Part shown: piece after piece, positions 30,846 to 41,013 of the stretch
How positions within the stretch are numbered: position 1 is the first letter of the stretch
Layout of the letters: each line of letters opens with the position of its first letter
NCBI GenBank assembly: GCA_963719225.1
Contig: CAVRAY010000002.1
Span: forward strand, 256,001-320,000
Reading direction: 5' to 3'
DNA from: Thermoanaerobaculia bacterium
Lineage (GTDB): Bacteria; Acidobacteriota; Thermoanaerobaculia; UBA5066
Length of the DNA: 64,000 nucleotides
The notes under the pieces: model-generated
What the model was told of the DNA's origin: nothing
Database searches by the model: none
The model's input: the letters and a program-made list of their open reading frames with translations, nothing else
Translations under genes and position numbers: made by a program

Positions 30846-32090
30846 ATGCACCTCAAGCGTTTGTCCCCCCTGGCTTTCGCCGCGACGCTGGCCCTGCCGG
30901 CGGCCCTTCTCGCCGACACCCCCGCTTCCACGCAATGGGTCGTCACCTCGGCCAAGGTGTCCGGAGGAGGTAACGACTACGTCACCTCCCTCCGTATCGT
31001 GAACCCGAGCGCGGCCGCGGTCGACGTCGACATGTTCTTCCTCCCGCAGACGCCGCTCGACGCCTCGAACAACGCGCTCGGCGACAACAGCGGCGCCTCG
31101 AAGGTGACCGTGAACGTGCCCGCGAACTCCACGCTCGCCCTGGACGACGTCCTGGCCTCGAAGTTCTCGACCGCCGGTGCCGGCGGCATCCGGATCGAGT
31201 CGCACGCCCCCGGGGGCGGCCTGAATCCCGCCGCCGCCGGCGTCTGGGCCCTCTCGCAGACGCTCGTCGTGAACGCGCGGAATCAGGCCGGAACTCCCGG
31301 CACGAACGGGTTCGCGATCCCCTCCCAGAACCAGGACCAGGTCGTCGCCCTCGGCGAGACGGCGTACGTGCCGTACATCTCCGGGTCCCCGAGCCTCGCG
31401 AGCGGGTACCGCACGAACCTCTTTCTGCTGTCCACGAACGCGACGGGCTCGTCGGGTGTCACGGTGACGCTCCGCAAAGGGGACGGCACGTCGCTCGGCT
31501 CCAGGAACCTCACGCTCGGCAAGCTGGCGCAGACCCAGATCAACAACATCTCGAGCTTCTTCGGCTACGTCCCGACGGCGAGCGACACGAACCTGACCGC
31601 CCTCGTGACCGTCACGAGCGGCGGACCGGTGGCGACCGGCGCCTCCATCATCGACAACGCGATCGGGTCCATCAGCTACGCCCCTCCCGTGAAGCTGCCC
31701 GTCGCGAACAACGGCGCGTACGGGCTCATCTTGACCGACTGCTGCGGCTTTTCGGGGCGCGCGGAGGTTTCCGGCGGCGCGTTCGACTTCATCAGCGCAG
31801 GAGTCACGATTCCCGCCGAGAAATGCGGCGGAACGGATACTCTCTTTTTCGTTCAGGGCTTCGGGACCGCTCCAGCGAACGCGACGTTCACGAAGAACAG
31901 CGACGGCAGCACCTCGTTCATCGGGTCCATGTCGGACAACGCGACCTTCAGCGGCATCATCAAGACTTACTTCGACGGTTCCATATACGGCAACATCGTG
32001 TACACACGCCCGGTCACGGGATCCCCGTCGACGTGTCCTGCCGCGAGCGAAACGTTTCCCTTCACCGGCACCAAGGGCCTGGCCTTCTGA
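30846..32090 (+). CDS. Secreted beta-rich hypothetical protein
   Basis: Signal peptide; SD GAGGAG; YVTSLRIVNP / YRTNLFL duplicated motif; paired Cys in the C-terminal part. Confidence 0.75.
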   Translation: MHLKRLSPLAFAATLALPAALLADTPASTQWVVTSAKVSGGGNDYVTSLRIVNPSAAAVDVDMFFLPQTPLDASNNALGDNSGASKVTVNVPANSTLALDDVLASKFSTAGAGGIRIESHAPGGGLNPAAAGVWALSQTLVVNARNQAGTPGTNGFAIPSQNQDQVVALGETAYVPYISGSPSLASGYRTNLFLLSTNATGSSGVTVTLRKGDGTSLGSRNLTLGKLAQTQINNISSFFGYVPTASDTNLTALVTVTSGGPVATGASIIDNAIGSISYAPPVKLPVANNGAYGLILTDCCGFSGRAEVSGGAFDFISAGVTIPAEKCGGTDTLFFVQGFGTAPANATFTKNSDGSTSFIGSMSDNATFSGIIKTYFDGSIYGNIVYTRPVTGSPSTCPAASETFPFTGTKGLAF

Positions 32091-32473
32091 TGAGGCTCTC
32101 GCGACTCTCCGCCGCCACGGCGTTGATTCTCTGCGGCTTGTCTCTCGCCGCGTTTCCCGCCGCCGCCGCCGACCTCTACGGCAAGCCGCTCCGCGGCCTG
32201 TCGCCGGTCTCGGTCGCCGCCGTCGTCAAGGACCCCGCGCGCTTCGCCCAGAAACCCGTCCGCGTCGAGGGCCCGAACGCGGGGGGCGCGGGGCGGCCCG
32301 CTCTGAAAGAGGGGGATGCCGTCCTGCCGATCGTCTCGGACGGATCGTTCAAGCTTCCCCCGGATCTCGCGGGCGGCGCTCTCGCGGCCGAGGGGCGCGC
32401 CCGGGTCGCCGAGACGGGGGCGGTCTTCGTCGCCACCGGCATCGAGGTGAGGCGCGAAAGCCCCGCCCGATGA
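32090..32473 (+). CDS. Small secreted hypothetical protein (possibly OB-fold/DUF4920-like)
   Basis: Signal peptide; YGKPL..VSVAAVVKDP..KPVRVEG; FVATGIEV. Confidence 0.55.
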   Translation: MRLSRLSAATALILCGLSLAAFPAAAADLYGKPLRGLSPVSVAAVVKDPARFAQKPVRVEGPNAGGAGRPALKEGDAVLPIVSDGSFKLPPDLAGGALAAEGRARVAETGAVFVATGIEVRRESPAR

Positions 32474-33012
32474 GACGCACGGGACCGCGAATTCCCGCCA
32501 CGTTCCTCGCGGTTCCCCTCGTCTTCGTCGGATTCCTCCTCGTGGCGAGCTGCAAGGCTCCCGAGGAGACCCGCTCTCTCAATTTCGACCCCGAGACGTC
32601 GACGGGCCTCCTCGGCGCGGGGTGGGACGGCTTCGAGAAGACCGAGCTCGGCGACACCTTCGTCTGGGCGCGCGGCCGCGAAGCTCGCGTCTCGATCGTG
32701 AGCCGCGCCGACGGCGACCGCCTCGTCCGTTTCCGGTGCTGGCCCTTCCAGTTCCCGGGAGCGCCGCCCCAGACGCTCACGCTGTTCGTGAACGACCAGA
32801 AGACGGAGGCGCTCACGCTCGGCGGCGAGGCGCGTGTCTACGCGGTCGCCGTTCCCCGCTCGCTCTGGAAAAGGGGCGTGAACGAGCTCAAGTTCGTCTT
32901 CGCGTACGCCGAGGCCCCGAAGGACCGCCTGGGCGGCGCGACGGACGAGCGGACGCTCTCGGCCGCGTTCGACTGGCTCGACGTCCTGAGGTTCCAGCCG
33001 GCGAAGAAGTGA
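32470..33012 (+). CDS. Hypothetical lipoprotein
   Basis: Lipobox VASC; GWDGFEK..FVW; ATGA overlap. Confidence 0.65.
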   Translation: MRRTGPRIPATFLAVPLVFVGFLLVASCKAPEETRSLNFDPETSTGLLGAGWDGFEKTELGDTFVWARGREARVSIVSRADGDRLVRFRCWPFQFPGAPPQTLTLFVNDQKTEALTLGGEARVYAVAVPRSLWKRGVNELKFVFAYAEAPKDRLGGATDERTLSAAFDWLDVLRFQPAKK

Positions 33013-33018
33013 CCGGCC

Positions 33019-33762
33019 CTATTTCTCGTCCACGGGAACCTGCGAGGCGACGAGGCTCGGGTAGCGCGCCTTGAAGTACGCGAAGAGCTCCAGCACTTTC
33101 GAGTTCTCGCCCTGCGCCCAGGAGATGTCGCGGAACCGATACTCCTGACCCTTCGTCTTGACGACCCACTCGAAGCACTCGTTGCCGCCGGCTTTCTTGA
33201 GACAGGTGAGCTGCTGCTCCGTCATCTGCCTCGCCGTCAGGAGGACGTTCTTCGACGCGTCGCGCGCGTCGGTCCAGCGCAGAGTCTCTTCCTTGAACTC
33301 CAGGACGCCGGGATCCCATCGGCTCTTGAACAGGACGATGCCGCTGTTGCGCCGCGCGAGGCCGTCCCACCGCATGGACGCGGCCGGCGTGGGAGACGGA
33401 GCGGGCACCATGATGGGGGAGGTGGCGGGGACGGGCGAGGGCATGATGACGACCTGCTTGCGCTCCGAGACGGCCGAGATGAGGCTTTCCGGAATTCCCG
33501 CGTTCCTGAGCTTGACGATGTCCTCGGCTGACAGGTCCTTCGCGATGTCAGCTCCCGAGATGTACTTTTTGAGGAAGTCCTCCGAGAGGTTCGCCTTCCA
33601 GAGCTTGATGAGGTTTTCGACGAGACTCGGCGTCGGTGTCGGGGCGGGAAAGGCATCCGCGGCCGGGGTTCCGGCCGAAGGCGTCGGGCTCGATCCGGGT
33701 TGCTGTCCCAGGAGGGTCGACGTCGCGATGAGACCCGCCGTGACCGTGAGGAGCAACTTCAT
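33019..33762 (-). CDS. Secreted hypothetical protein
   Basis: Signal peptide; DLSAEDIVKLRNAGIPE helical domain; possible PH-like C-terminus; SD GGAGGT. Confidence 0.65.
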   Translation of the reverse strand: MKLLLTVTAGLIATSTLLGQQPGSSPTPSAGTPAADAFPAPTPTPSLVENLIKLWKANLSEDFLKKYISGADIAKDLSAEDIVKLRNAGIPESLISAVSERKQVVIMPSPVPATSPIMVPAPSPTPAASMRWDGLARRNSGIVLFKSRWDPGVLEFKEETLRWTDARDASKNVLLTARQMTEQQLTCLKKAGGNECFEWVVKTKGQEYRFRDISWAQGENSKVLELFAYFKARYPSLVASQVPVDEK

Positions 33763-33873
33763 TCTGTCACCTCCGAAGAATTCGCCCGCATCCTACAAGA
33801 GACCGATCGCCGGACGAAACGCGGCCGGGCGCCGCGATGCGCCGGGCGAAACGCGAGCTTGTATGCTCCCTTC

Positions 33874-34563
33874 ATGGCGGCTTCGAGAGGTTCTCTCCTC
33901 GCGATTCTTCTCGCGGTTCTGCTCGCCGCGTGTTTCGTGTCCGGCCGCGCCCGCGCTCAGAAAGACCCCTGGGCGGCGCGCGTCCGCGCGCGCTCGGACG
34001 TGGCGCTCGCCACGTTCCAGGGCGTCGACTGCGTGTCGATCCGAGCGCCGCGCGCCATCGTCTGGAGGCTCCTCGTCGCGCCCGAGTACGCCGCGAAATG
34101 GTTCTTCGCCGGCATGCCGAACCTCCTGCCGCGCGGCGCGCGCTACAAGAAGGGTCCGACGGCCGAAAAGGGTGAGGTGCTCACCCTCGACGCGACGACG
34201 CTCGAAGGGCCCCGGCATCTCGAGCTCGTCGTCCTCGCCGCCGTCCCGGGCCAGCTGCTCTCCTTTCTCGTGAAGTCGGACAATGCCGGCCTCCTCGACA
34301 AGGGCCTCGAGAAGCTTTCCCTCACCTTCGTCCTCGACACGCTGGCCGACGGCTCGACGGACCTCAATCTCGCGATGCATTACGACCCCGACTCGCCGTT
34401 CTCGGCGATCCTGTCGCCCGCGGCCGTGCGACGCCAGCACGAGAGGCGGCAGGCCTCGCTCAACATGTTCCAGATACTCGCCGAACAGGCGGCCCGCATG
34501 AAGGACCCTCCGCTCCACGACGTCCCGGTCTCCGAGCCCGCCGTTCCGCGCGGGCGCAAATAA
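33874..34563 (+). CDS. Secreted SRPBCC/START-like protein
   Basis: Signal peptide; SIRAPRAIVWRLLVAPEYAAKWF. Confidence 0.6.
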   Translation: MAASRGSLLAILLAVLLAACFVSGRARAQKDPWAARVRARSDVALATFQGVDCVSIRAPRAIVWRLLVAPEYAAKWFFAGMPNLLPRGARYKKGPTAEKGEVLTLDATTLEGPRHLELVVLAAVPGQLLSFLVKSDNAGLLDKGLEKLSLTFVLDTLADGSTDLNLAMHYDPDSPFSAILSPAAVRRQHERRQASLNMFQILAEQAARMKDPPLHDVPVSEPAVPRGRK

Positions 34564-34578
34564 TCGAGTGCGCGCTGG

Positions 34579-35646
34579 CTAGAGGATGACGCCCTTGAGA
34601 GGCACTTTCACGTCGCCCTTGGCCTTGTCGGTCGTCTTGATGAGGAGCTCGCCCTCGAAGACGCCCTTCTTGATCTTCTGGTCGACGGTGAGCACGACCT
34701 GCACGCGCGACTTGTCGACGGGCACGATCTCGGCGGAGATGCCGGGCACGTTCGTCTCGACTCTCGTGACCGCGAAATTCGCCGCCTGCGCGTTGTTGTT
34801 GACGATCATGACGTTCCGCTTCACCGCGTCGCCCTTGGGGTCGAAGTTCCCGAAGTTGATCGAGACGGGCGTGACCGAGACGGCGGGCTTCACGAAGCCC
34901 GACACTGAGATCTCCATCTCGGGCTGCCGCTTGACGCCCGTCGAGACCTTGACGGTCCCGCCGAGGATCCCCTCCGGCGCGTCGGGCGCGGCCGTCAGGA
35001 CCACTTTCCACTGATTCGGGTTCTTGTCCTTGATCAGCTCTTTCTCGGGGACGGGTGAGAGCGTGGCCTTGAGGAAGGAGTTGGGGGTCTCGACCTTCGT
35101 CGGCTTGAACTCCGGCTCGTCCGAGACGAGCACGACCTCGGACGAGGCTGGCTCACCCGAGAGCGCCGTGATGCGGAAGAACCCGTAAGGCAGCGCCTCG
35201 ACGAAGGGTTTCACGTTCGCCGAGAGGAAGAGGGTCATCTGCGGCATCGACGGATCGTCCGTCATGAGAAGAGCGGTCTTCGAGATGGGCCCCGAGAAGT
35301 TCTTCGTGTCGACCGTGAGGGTCACCTTCCCCTCCCCGCCCGGCTTGATCACCTTGTCGAACTCCGGCACGGTGCAGCCGCAGGAGGGCTTGACGTCGGT
35401 GACGTGCAGGTCGGCCTTCCCCGTGTTCTTCAGGACGAAGACGTGCTTGATGGCCTCGCCTTTCGGGACCGTTCCGACGTCCTTTTTGTCCTCGGGGACG
35501 ACGAGCTTGGGCCCGGAGGCCGCGTCGACCGCCTTGGCAGGAACCGGAGCCGCGGCCGGCGCCTGCGCGAGGAGGACCGGGGCAAAGGCGAGCGTGAGGG
35601 CGCCGACGAGAGCGGCGGCCGTTCGGGAGGTTCTGGAGAGAGACAT
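34579..35646 (-). CDS. DUF1573 domain secreted protein
   Basis: FVLKNTGKADLHVTDVKPSCGCT; signal peptide; SD AGGAG. Confidence 0.85.
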   Translation of the reverse strand: MSLSRTSRTAAALVGALTLAFAPVLLAQAPAAAPVPAKAVDAASGPKLVVPEDKKDVGTVPKGEAIKHVFVLKNTGKADLHVTDVKPSCGCTVPEFDKVIKPGGEGKVTLTVDTKNFSGPISKTALLMTDDPSMPQMTLFLSANVKPFVEALPYGFFRITALSGEPASSEVVLVSDEPEFKPTKVETPNSFLKATLSPVPEKELIKDKNPNQWKVVLTAAPDAPEGILGGTVKVSTGVKRQPEMEISVSGFVKPAVSVTPVSINFGNFDPKGDAVKRNVMIVNNNAQAANFAVTRVETNVPGISAEIVPVDKSRVQVVLTVDQKIKKGVFEGELLIKTTDKAKGDVKVPLKGVIL

Positions 35647-35788
35647 CGGGGACTCCTTCGAAAAAACGGGCGGGGAACCGCCCCTTTGGGACTGCGAGAG
35701 TATACGTGCGCGCGCCCCGACGGACGCCGCCTGGCGCCAAGGGGGCAGGTCGAACGGGCCTGGGACGCTCGAAGCAAGGGACGGGCCT

Positions 35789-36661
35789 CTAGACCCCCTC
35801 TTCCAGCGTGCCCTCGAAGACGACGCGCGCGTCGCCCGTGAGCATGACGTCGCGGGCCATCTCGCCGTCCCGGACGAAGGACACCTCGAGCGTCTCGCCC
35901 GAGCGCGTCGCGACCGAGACCGGCGGGAGAGAGCCGGTGAGGAAGCTAGTGACGGCTGCCGAGGCGACCGCGCCGGAGCCGCACGCGAGCGTCTCGGCCT
36001 CGACACCCCGCTCCCAGGTTCTGACGGCGATCCGCGACCCGGAGAGCACCTTGACGAAATTCGCGTTCGCGCCTTCGCGCACCGCGGGATGGCGCCGATG
36101 GAGCGGCCCGAGGACCGAGAGGTCGAGAGCGTCGAGGTCGACGTCCGCCTTGACGTACGCCACGACGTGCGGGACGCCCACGACGAGCGCGAAGGCATCG
36201 CGCTCGAGCGTCCGGCCCGCCTCGTCGAGCGACGGCACCATCCGTCCCACCGCGACCGGCTCGGGCAGCGTGAGCGCCACGGTCCCGTCGGCTCGCACGG
36301 TCGCGCCCACCGAGCCCCATCCCGTGGCGACGACGAGAGACGGTCTGGAGAGGCCGCGCAGAACGGCGAACCGCGCCGCGCACCGCGTCCCGTTTCCGCA
36401 GAACCGGCCGACCGAGCCGTCCGCGTTCAGGTAATCGGCCACGATCCTCGAGGACGCTTCTCGTTCGCGCTCCCGGAAGACGAAGAGGACTCCGTCGGCA
36501 CCGACACCGGTTCCGCGGCGGCAGAGCCTGCGGATCGCCTCGATCTCCCGCGGGCCCTTCTCGACGCGCGCCCCGAAGACCATGAAGTCGTTTCCCGCCC
36601 CGCTCATCTTCGTGAAGGAGCGCGGCAGCGAGCCGAGCGTCGCGCGGGCCGCCTCCGTCAT
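35789..36661 (-). CDS. dapF: Diaminopimelate epimerase
   Basis: FTKMSGAGNDF, CGNG, GANANF, ERGVEAETLACGSG. Confidence 0.93.
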   Translation of the reverse strand: MTEAARATLGSLPRSFTKMSGAGNDFMVFGARVEKGPREIEAIRRLCRRGTGVGADGVLFVFREREREASSRIVADYLNADGSVGRFCGNGTRCAARFAVLRGLSRPSLVVATGWGSVGATVRADGTVALTLPEPVAVGRMVPSLDEAGRTLERDAFALVVGVPHVVAYVKADVDLDALDLSVLGPLHRRHPAVREGANANFVKVLSGSRIAVRTWERGVEAETLACGSGAVASAAVTSFLTGSLPPVSVATRSGETLEVSFVRDGEMARDVMLTGDARVVFEGTLEEGV

Positions 36662-37833
36662 TTCGCCGTCCCGATCGGGCTCTCGTTGCCCGACTTGTCC
36701 ACGGCGGTCACCCCGTACTCCTTCGCCGAGACGCCGGCGTCGAAGAAGACCGGGTCCTTGAGGTCCTCGGCGATCCTCTTCCACGCGCCGTTCTCCCGGC
36801 GATAGACGCCGTAGGAGGCGAGGTCGCCCGCGAGGCTCGGGTTCCAGACGAGCCGCGTGCCGCCCGCCTCGGCGAGGACGAGAACGCCGTCCGGAGCGTC
36901 CGGCGGAAAGACGTCCGCCGTGGACACGGGCACCTCGTCGGACGCCGGGCCGAGGATGAGGGGCACCTCGGCGACGGGCGCCGCGCGGACGGTGTAGACG
37001 TACTTCCGGTCGGGCAGGGCCGACGCGTCGACGTACGTCGTCGTGCCGATGACGACGCCCAGCGGGCGGTCTTCGTATTCCTCCTCGCCGGCGTCGCGCC
37101 GGTAGACCGCGTAGCCCGCGACCTTCGCGGGGCGCGTGCCGTCGAGCATGGCCACGGGAGCGCTCCAGTCGAGGCACACGCGCGCCTCCTCGACGGTCGG
37201 GAGGACCCGAAACGGCCGGTCCGGCGGAAGGCGGGGCAGGAGGGCGACGAGCGGCGACAGCTCGGAGGCCTTCTTCTTGTCGCGCGTCGCGGAAACCCCG
37301 TAACGGAGGAACACGCGTCCGACCCGACCTTCGCGATAGAGCGGCACGAGCGGGTCCCTCACGACGACGTCCGGGCCTACGGTGGCCGCGTCGACCTCAG
37401 CGCGCGTGAGGGTCCGGATCGCCTCGGCGCGGGCGCGGAATCCCTTCTCCTCGAGCGCGCGGGCCGCCGCGTCTTTCGCCGCCTCCGGCGGCCTTTCACC
37501 CTCGCGCGCTCCCCGGAGCTCGCGGTACACCGTCACGCCCGTGAGATTCGTGAGCGTCTCGCCCGCGTTCGTCTTCGACGGATACGGGAACCTCAGGACG
37601 ACGTCCGAGCCCTCCTGCGAGAGGCGCACGGGCTCGATGCGCGCCGGGAGAACCTGCAGGGGCGGCTCGGGCGCGAGCTTCCGCCCGCAGCCGGCGAGGA
37701 GCGCGAAAGCGGAAAAAGACAGAAGAAAAAGAAGAGAGATTTCTTTGAATGGGTGCCGTGGTTCGAGCGGCACCAGCGCGCGCCGAGCCCCGGCCGTCTT
37801 ACCCTTTCTAGGAAAATCCGAATCCGAAACCAA
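36658..37833 (-). CDS. Lipoprotein with fibronectin type III-like domains (start uncertain, 37833 or 37773)
   Basis: Lipobox LAGC GRK..PEPP; GYAVYRR, YVYTVRA, YGVTAVDKSGNES. Confidence 0.75.
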   Translation of the reverse strand: MVSDSDFPRKGKTAGARRALVPLEPRHPFKEISLLFLLSFSAFALLAGCGRKLAPEPPLQVLPARIEPVRLSQEGSDVVLRFPYPSKTNAGETLTNLTGVTVYRELRGAREGERPPEAAKDAAARALEEKGFRARAEAIRTLTRAEVDAATVGPDVVVRDPLVPLYREGRVGRVFLRYGVSATRDKKKASELSPLVALLPRLPPDRPFRVLPTVEEARVCLDWSAPVAMLDGTRPAKVAGYAVYRRDAGEEEYEDRPLGVVIGTTTYVDASALPDRKYVYTVRAAPVAEVPLILGPASDEVPVSTADVFPPDAPDGVLVLAEAGGTRLVWNPSLAGDLASYGVYRRENGAWKRIAEDLKDPVFFDAGVSAKEYGVTAVDKSGNESPIGTAK

Positions 37834-37850
37834 AATTCCCTCTGAAAAAC

Positions 37851-39197
37851 CTACAGCACGAAGCGGGAAAGGTCCCGGTCGCGCACGAGGCCCTGGAGCG
37901 CCCGCTCGACGTACGGCTTGTCCACGACGATCCGCGCGCCTGCGGCGTCCGGCCCGGCGAAGGAGATCTCCTCGAGCACCGTCTCGAGGATCGTGTGAAG
38001 GCGCCGGGCGCCGATGTTCTCGAGGTTCCGGTTCACCTCGGCCGCGGCGCGCGCGATCTCCCCGAGGCCCTCGTCCGCGAAAACGAGCTCGATGCCGTCC
38101 GCCCCGAGGAGCGCGGCGGACTGCTTCGGAAGCGCGTGTTCGGGCTCGGTGAGGATGCGCAGGAAATCCCCGTCGGTGAGAGAGTCGAGAGTGACCCGGA
38201 TCGGAAAGCGGCCCTGGAGCTCGGGAATCATGTCCGACGGCTTCGCGACATGGAAAGCGCCGGCCGCGATGAAGAGGACGTGGTCCGTCTTCACTGTCCC
38301 GTGCTTCGTCTTGACCGTCGTGCCCTCGACGAGCGGGAGGAGGTCCCGCTGGACGCCTTCGCGCGAGACGTCGGGCCCGCCGCGGGCTCCCTCGTGCCCC
38401 GTGATCTTGTCGATCTCGTCCAGGAAGACGATGCCCGTCTCCTCCGCGCGCCGCACGGCCTCCTCGGGCACGGTCGCCTCGTCCGAGAGAGCGTCGGCCT
38501 CGCGTGCCACGAGCAGGGGCCGCGCGTCGGACACCGGGAGCTTCACCTTCTTCTTCTTCTGCGAGCCGAAAAGGTTCGGGAGCATGCCCGGGAGGTCGAT
38601 CCCCATCTCCTCGAGGCCCTGCGGCGTCATGACGGAGATCTGCGGCGTCCTCTCGTCGGTCACCTCGATCTCGACCTCGCGCGCTTCGTGCTTGCCCTCC
38701 TTGAGGTCGCGGCGGACCCGTTCCTGCCCGTCGGCGAGGACCGCTCTTCCGGTGGCGTCGGTGCCGAGGGCCGTCACGAGGAGATCCACGAGCCGCTCCT
38801 CCGCGGCGGCGGTCGCGCGGTCCAGCACGCGCGCGCGGCGCTCGTCCTTCACGAGGCGAACCGCCGCCTCCACGAGATCGCGCGCGATGGAGTCGACGTC
38901 GCGCCCGACGTATCCGACCTCGGTGAACTTGGAGGCCTCGACCTTCACGAAGGGCGCGTCCACCAGCCGCGCGAGGCGCCGCGCGATCTCCGTCTTGCCC
39001 ACGCCGGTGGGACCGATCATTAGGATGTTCTTCGGCATCGTGTCGCGCTGGAGCTCCGGGCTGAGTCGCTGGCGCCGCCACCGGTCGCGGAGCGCGATGG
39101 CGACCGCGCGCTTCGCCTTCGTCTGGCCGACGACGTGGCGGTCGAGCTCGGCCACGATCTTCCGCGGCGAGAGGTCCTTGAGGAGGTGCGGCGTCAC
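37851..39197 (-). CDS. hslU: ATP-dependent protease ATPase subunit
   Basis: [39 protein letters not shown]. Confidence 0.97.
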   Translation of the reverse strand: MTPHLLKDLSPRKIVAELDRHVVGQTKAKRAVAIALRDRWRRQRLSPELQRDTMPKNILMIGPTGVGKTEIARRLARLVDAPFVKVEASKFTEVGYVGRDVDSIARDLVEAAVRLVKDERRARVLDRATAAAEERLVDLLVTALGTDATGRAVLADGQERVRRDLKEGKHEAREVEIEVTDERTPQISVMTPQGLEEMGIDLPGMLPNLFGSQKKKKVKLPVSDARPLLVAREADALSDEATVPEEAVRRAEETGIVFLDEIDKITGHEGARGGPDVSREGVQRDLLPLVEGTTVKTKHGTVKTDHVLFIAAGAFHVAKPSDMIPELQGRFPIRVTLDSLTDGDFLRILTEPEHALPKQSAALLGADGIELVFADEGLGEIARAAAEVNRNLENIGARRLHTILETVLEEISFAGPDAAGARIVVDKPYVERALQGLVRDRDLSRFVL

Positions 39198-39736
39198 GGA
39201 AGGGTCTCGACGCGGATCACGTCGTTCGTGTAGATGTCGATGGACGCCGCGATCGACAGGGACTCCTTCACGATCGCGGAGGCGTCGAGGGCCGAATGGC
39301 GGAGCAGGGCGCGGGCGGCCGCCGCCGCGTACGGGCCGCCGGAGCCCACGGCGATCACGCCCTCGTCGGGCGCGATGACGTCGCCGGTTCCCGAGAGGAG
39401 GAGCGAGGTCTTCTCGTCGGCCACCACGAGGAGGGCCTCGAGCTGGCGCAGCATCTTCTCGGTGCGCCAGTCCGTCGCGAGCTCCACGGCCGCGCGCTCG
39501 AGCTGGCCGTGGAACTCCTCGAGCTTCTTCTCGAACCGCGTGAAGAGGGTCACGGCGTCGGCCGTCGACCCGGCGAAGCCCGCGAGGACCTTCCCGTTCA
39601 GAAGGCGGCGCACCTTCGAGGCGCCGCTCTTCATCACGGTCGTCCCCATCGTCACCTGACCGTCACCGCCGAGAGCGACGATCCCGTCCTTCCTCACGCA
39701 GAGAATCGTCGTGTGTGTGAAGCGCAGACTGCCCAT
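39194..39736 (-). CDS. hslV: ATP-dependent protease peptidase subunit
   Basis: [27 protein letters not shown]. Confidence 0.97.
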   Translation of the reverse strand: MGSLRFTHTTILCVRKDGIVALGGDGQVTMGTTVMKSGASKVRRLLNGKVLAGFAGSTADAVTLFTRFEKKLEEFHGQLERAAVELATDWRTEKMLRQLEALLVVADEKTSLLLSGTGDVIAPDEGVIAVGSGGPYAAAAARALLRHSALDASAIVKESLSIAASIDIYTNDVIRVETLP

Positions 39737-39754
39737 GCCCGAGAGTCTAGCCCG

Positions 39755-40690
39755 TCACTCTCTCTCTTCCGCCTTCGGATGGCTCTTGCGGTAGACCTCG
39801 ATGAGGCGCTCGGCGTCGAGGTGTGTGTAGCGCTGCGTCGTGGAGAGCGAAGCGTGGCCGAGGAGCTCCTGGATGGAGCGAAGGTCGGCGCCGGCCGCGA
39901 GGAGATGAGTCGCGAACGAGTGCCTCAGCGCGTGCGGCGACGCGTGGCGGGGCACGGCGGCCGACGCGAGAGCCCGGTCCAGAATGCGGCGCACGCTCCG
40001 GTCGGTCAGGCGGCCCGCCCGCGCGTTCAGGAAGACGATCTCGGCGTCCCGGGCGGCGGGCACGAAGGCCGTTCGTTCCTTCAGCCAGGCGCGGAGCGCC
40101 GCCGCCGCGGGATGGCCGAACGGTACCACGCGCTCCTTCCGGCCCTTTCCGACGGTGCGCACCTGCCGCGCGGGCAGATCGACGTCCTCGAGCCGCAGTC
40201 CCACGAGCTCGGAGACGCGGAGCCCCGTCGCGTAGAGGAGCTCGAGGAGCGCGCGGTCGCGGGCCCCGAGCGGCCCCTCGCGTCCCTTCACCTCGACCAC
40301 CGCGCCCGCTTCGGCGACGGAGAGAGTCCGCGGGAGCGATTTCTCGCGCCGGGGTGTCCCCACCGCCTTCGCCGGGTTCGAATCCGTGCGGCCCTCGCGC
40401 TTGAGGAAGGCGAAGAACGTGCGGAGCGCCGAGAGGTGGCGCCCCATCGACGTCTTGGAGATCCCTTCGGAGCGGAGGTGCGAGAGATAGGACCGCACCG
40501 CGAGCGTGTCCACGTCCGCGGCGCGGAACGCGGCCTCGGGAGTGTTCCAGAAGGCCGCCGAAAGGAACGCCGAGAAGCGCGCGAGGTCGGCGCCGTACGC
40601 GGCCCGGGTGTGGGGAGAGACGCGGCGCTCGTCCCTCAGGTGGCGGTCGAACGCCGCGATCTCCGAGGCGAAGGAGGCGCTCTTTACGAT
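39755..40690 (-). CDS. xerC: Tyrosine recombinase XerC; start uncertain, first canonical start 40513
   Basis: N-domain RVSPHTRAAYGADL in frame; LLYATGLRVSEL, GKGRKER, HALRHSFATH, LLGH, TTQRY. Confidence 0.9.
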   Translation of the reverse strand: MVKSASFASEIAAFDRHLRDERRVSPHTRAAYGADLARFSAFLSAAFWNTPEAAFRAADVDTLAVRSYLSHLRSEGISKTSMGRHLSALRTFFAFLKREGRTDSNPAKAVGTPRREKSLPRTLSVAEAGAVVEVKGREGPLGARDRALLELLYATGLRVSELVGLRLEDVDLPARQVRTVGKGRKERVVPFGHPAAAALRAWLKERTAFVPAARDAEIVFLNARAGRLTDRSVRRILDRALASAAVPRHASPHALRHSFATHLLAAGADLRSIQELLGHASLSTTQRYTHLDAERLIEVYRKSHPKAEERE

Positions 40691-41013
40691 GACTTTTTCG
40701 CCAGGGTCCGGACCTCGGCCGCGAGCGCCTTGATCTCGGCTTCGCTGAGCTTCTTGCCGAAGGCCGGCATCTCGTCATGCCCCTTCGTGATCGAGCGCAC
40801 GATGCGCGCGTCGTCGATCGTGTCCTGCCACTTCGCGTTCGTCAGGTCCCGGGCTTTCTTCTTCCGGCCCTCTTCGGTCTGGCCCCTGCCGGTGTCGCCG
40901 TGGCAGACCGAGCAATGCGTCTGGAAGTTCTCGGACCGTTCGCTTTCGGCCGGCGCGGACCCGCCCGCGAGGAGCAGGGCGCCGGCCGACAGCACGATGA
41001 GGCTCTTCTTCAA
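40684..41013 (-). CDS. Monoheme class I cytochrome c (in frame with trmFO)
   Basis: TTG 41013 with SD AAGGAG; signal peptide KKSLIVLSAGALLLA; CSVCH; MPAF. Confidence 0.8.
   Translation of the reverse strand: MKKSLIVLSAGALLLAGGSAPAESERSENFQTHCSVCHGDTGRGQTEEGRKKKARDLTNAKWQDTIDDARIVRSITKGHDEMPAFGKKLSEAEIKALAAEVRTLAKKSS

Noticed and set aside
39755-40690. Tyrosine recombinase as an integrase of a mobile element
   Set aside because: Motifs and the trmFO-xerC-hslVU context indicate housekeeping XerC.
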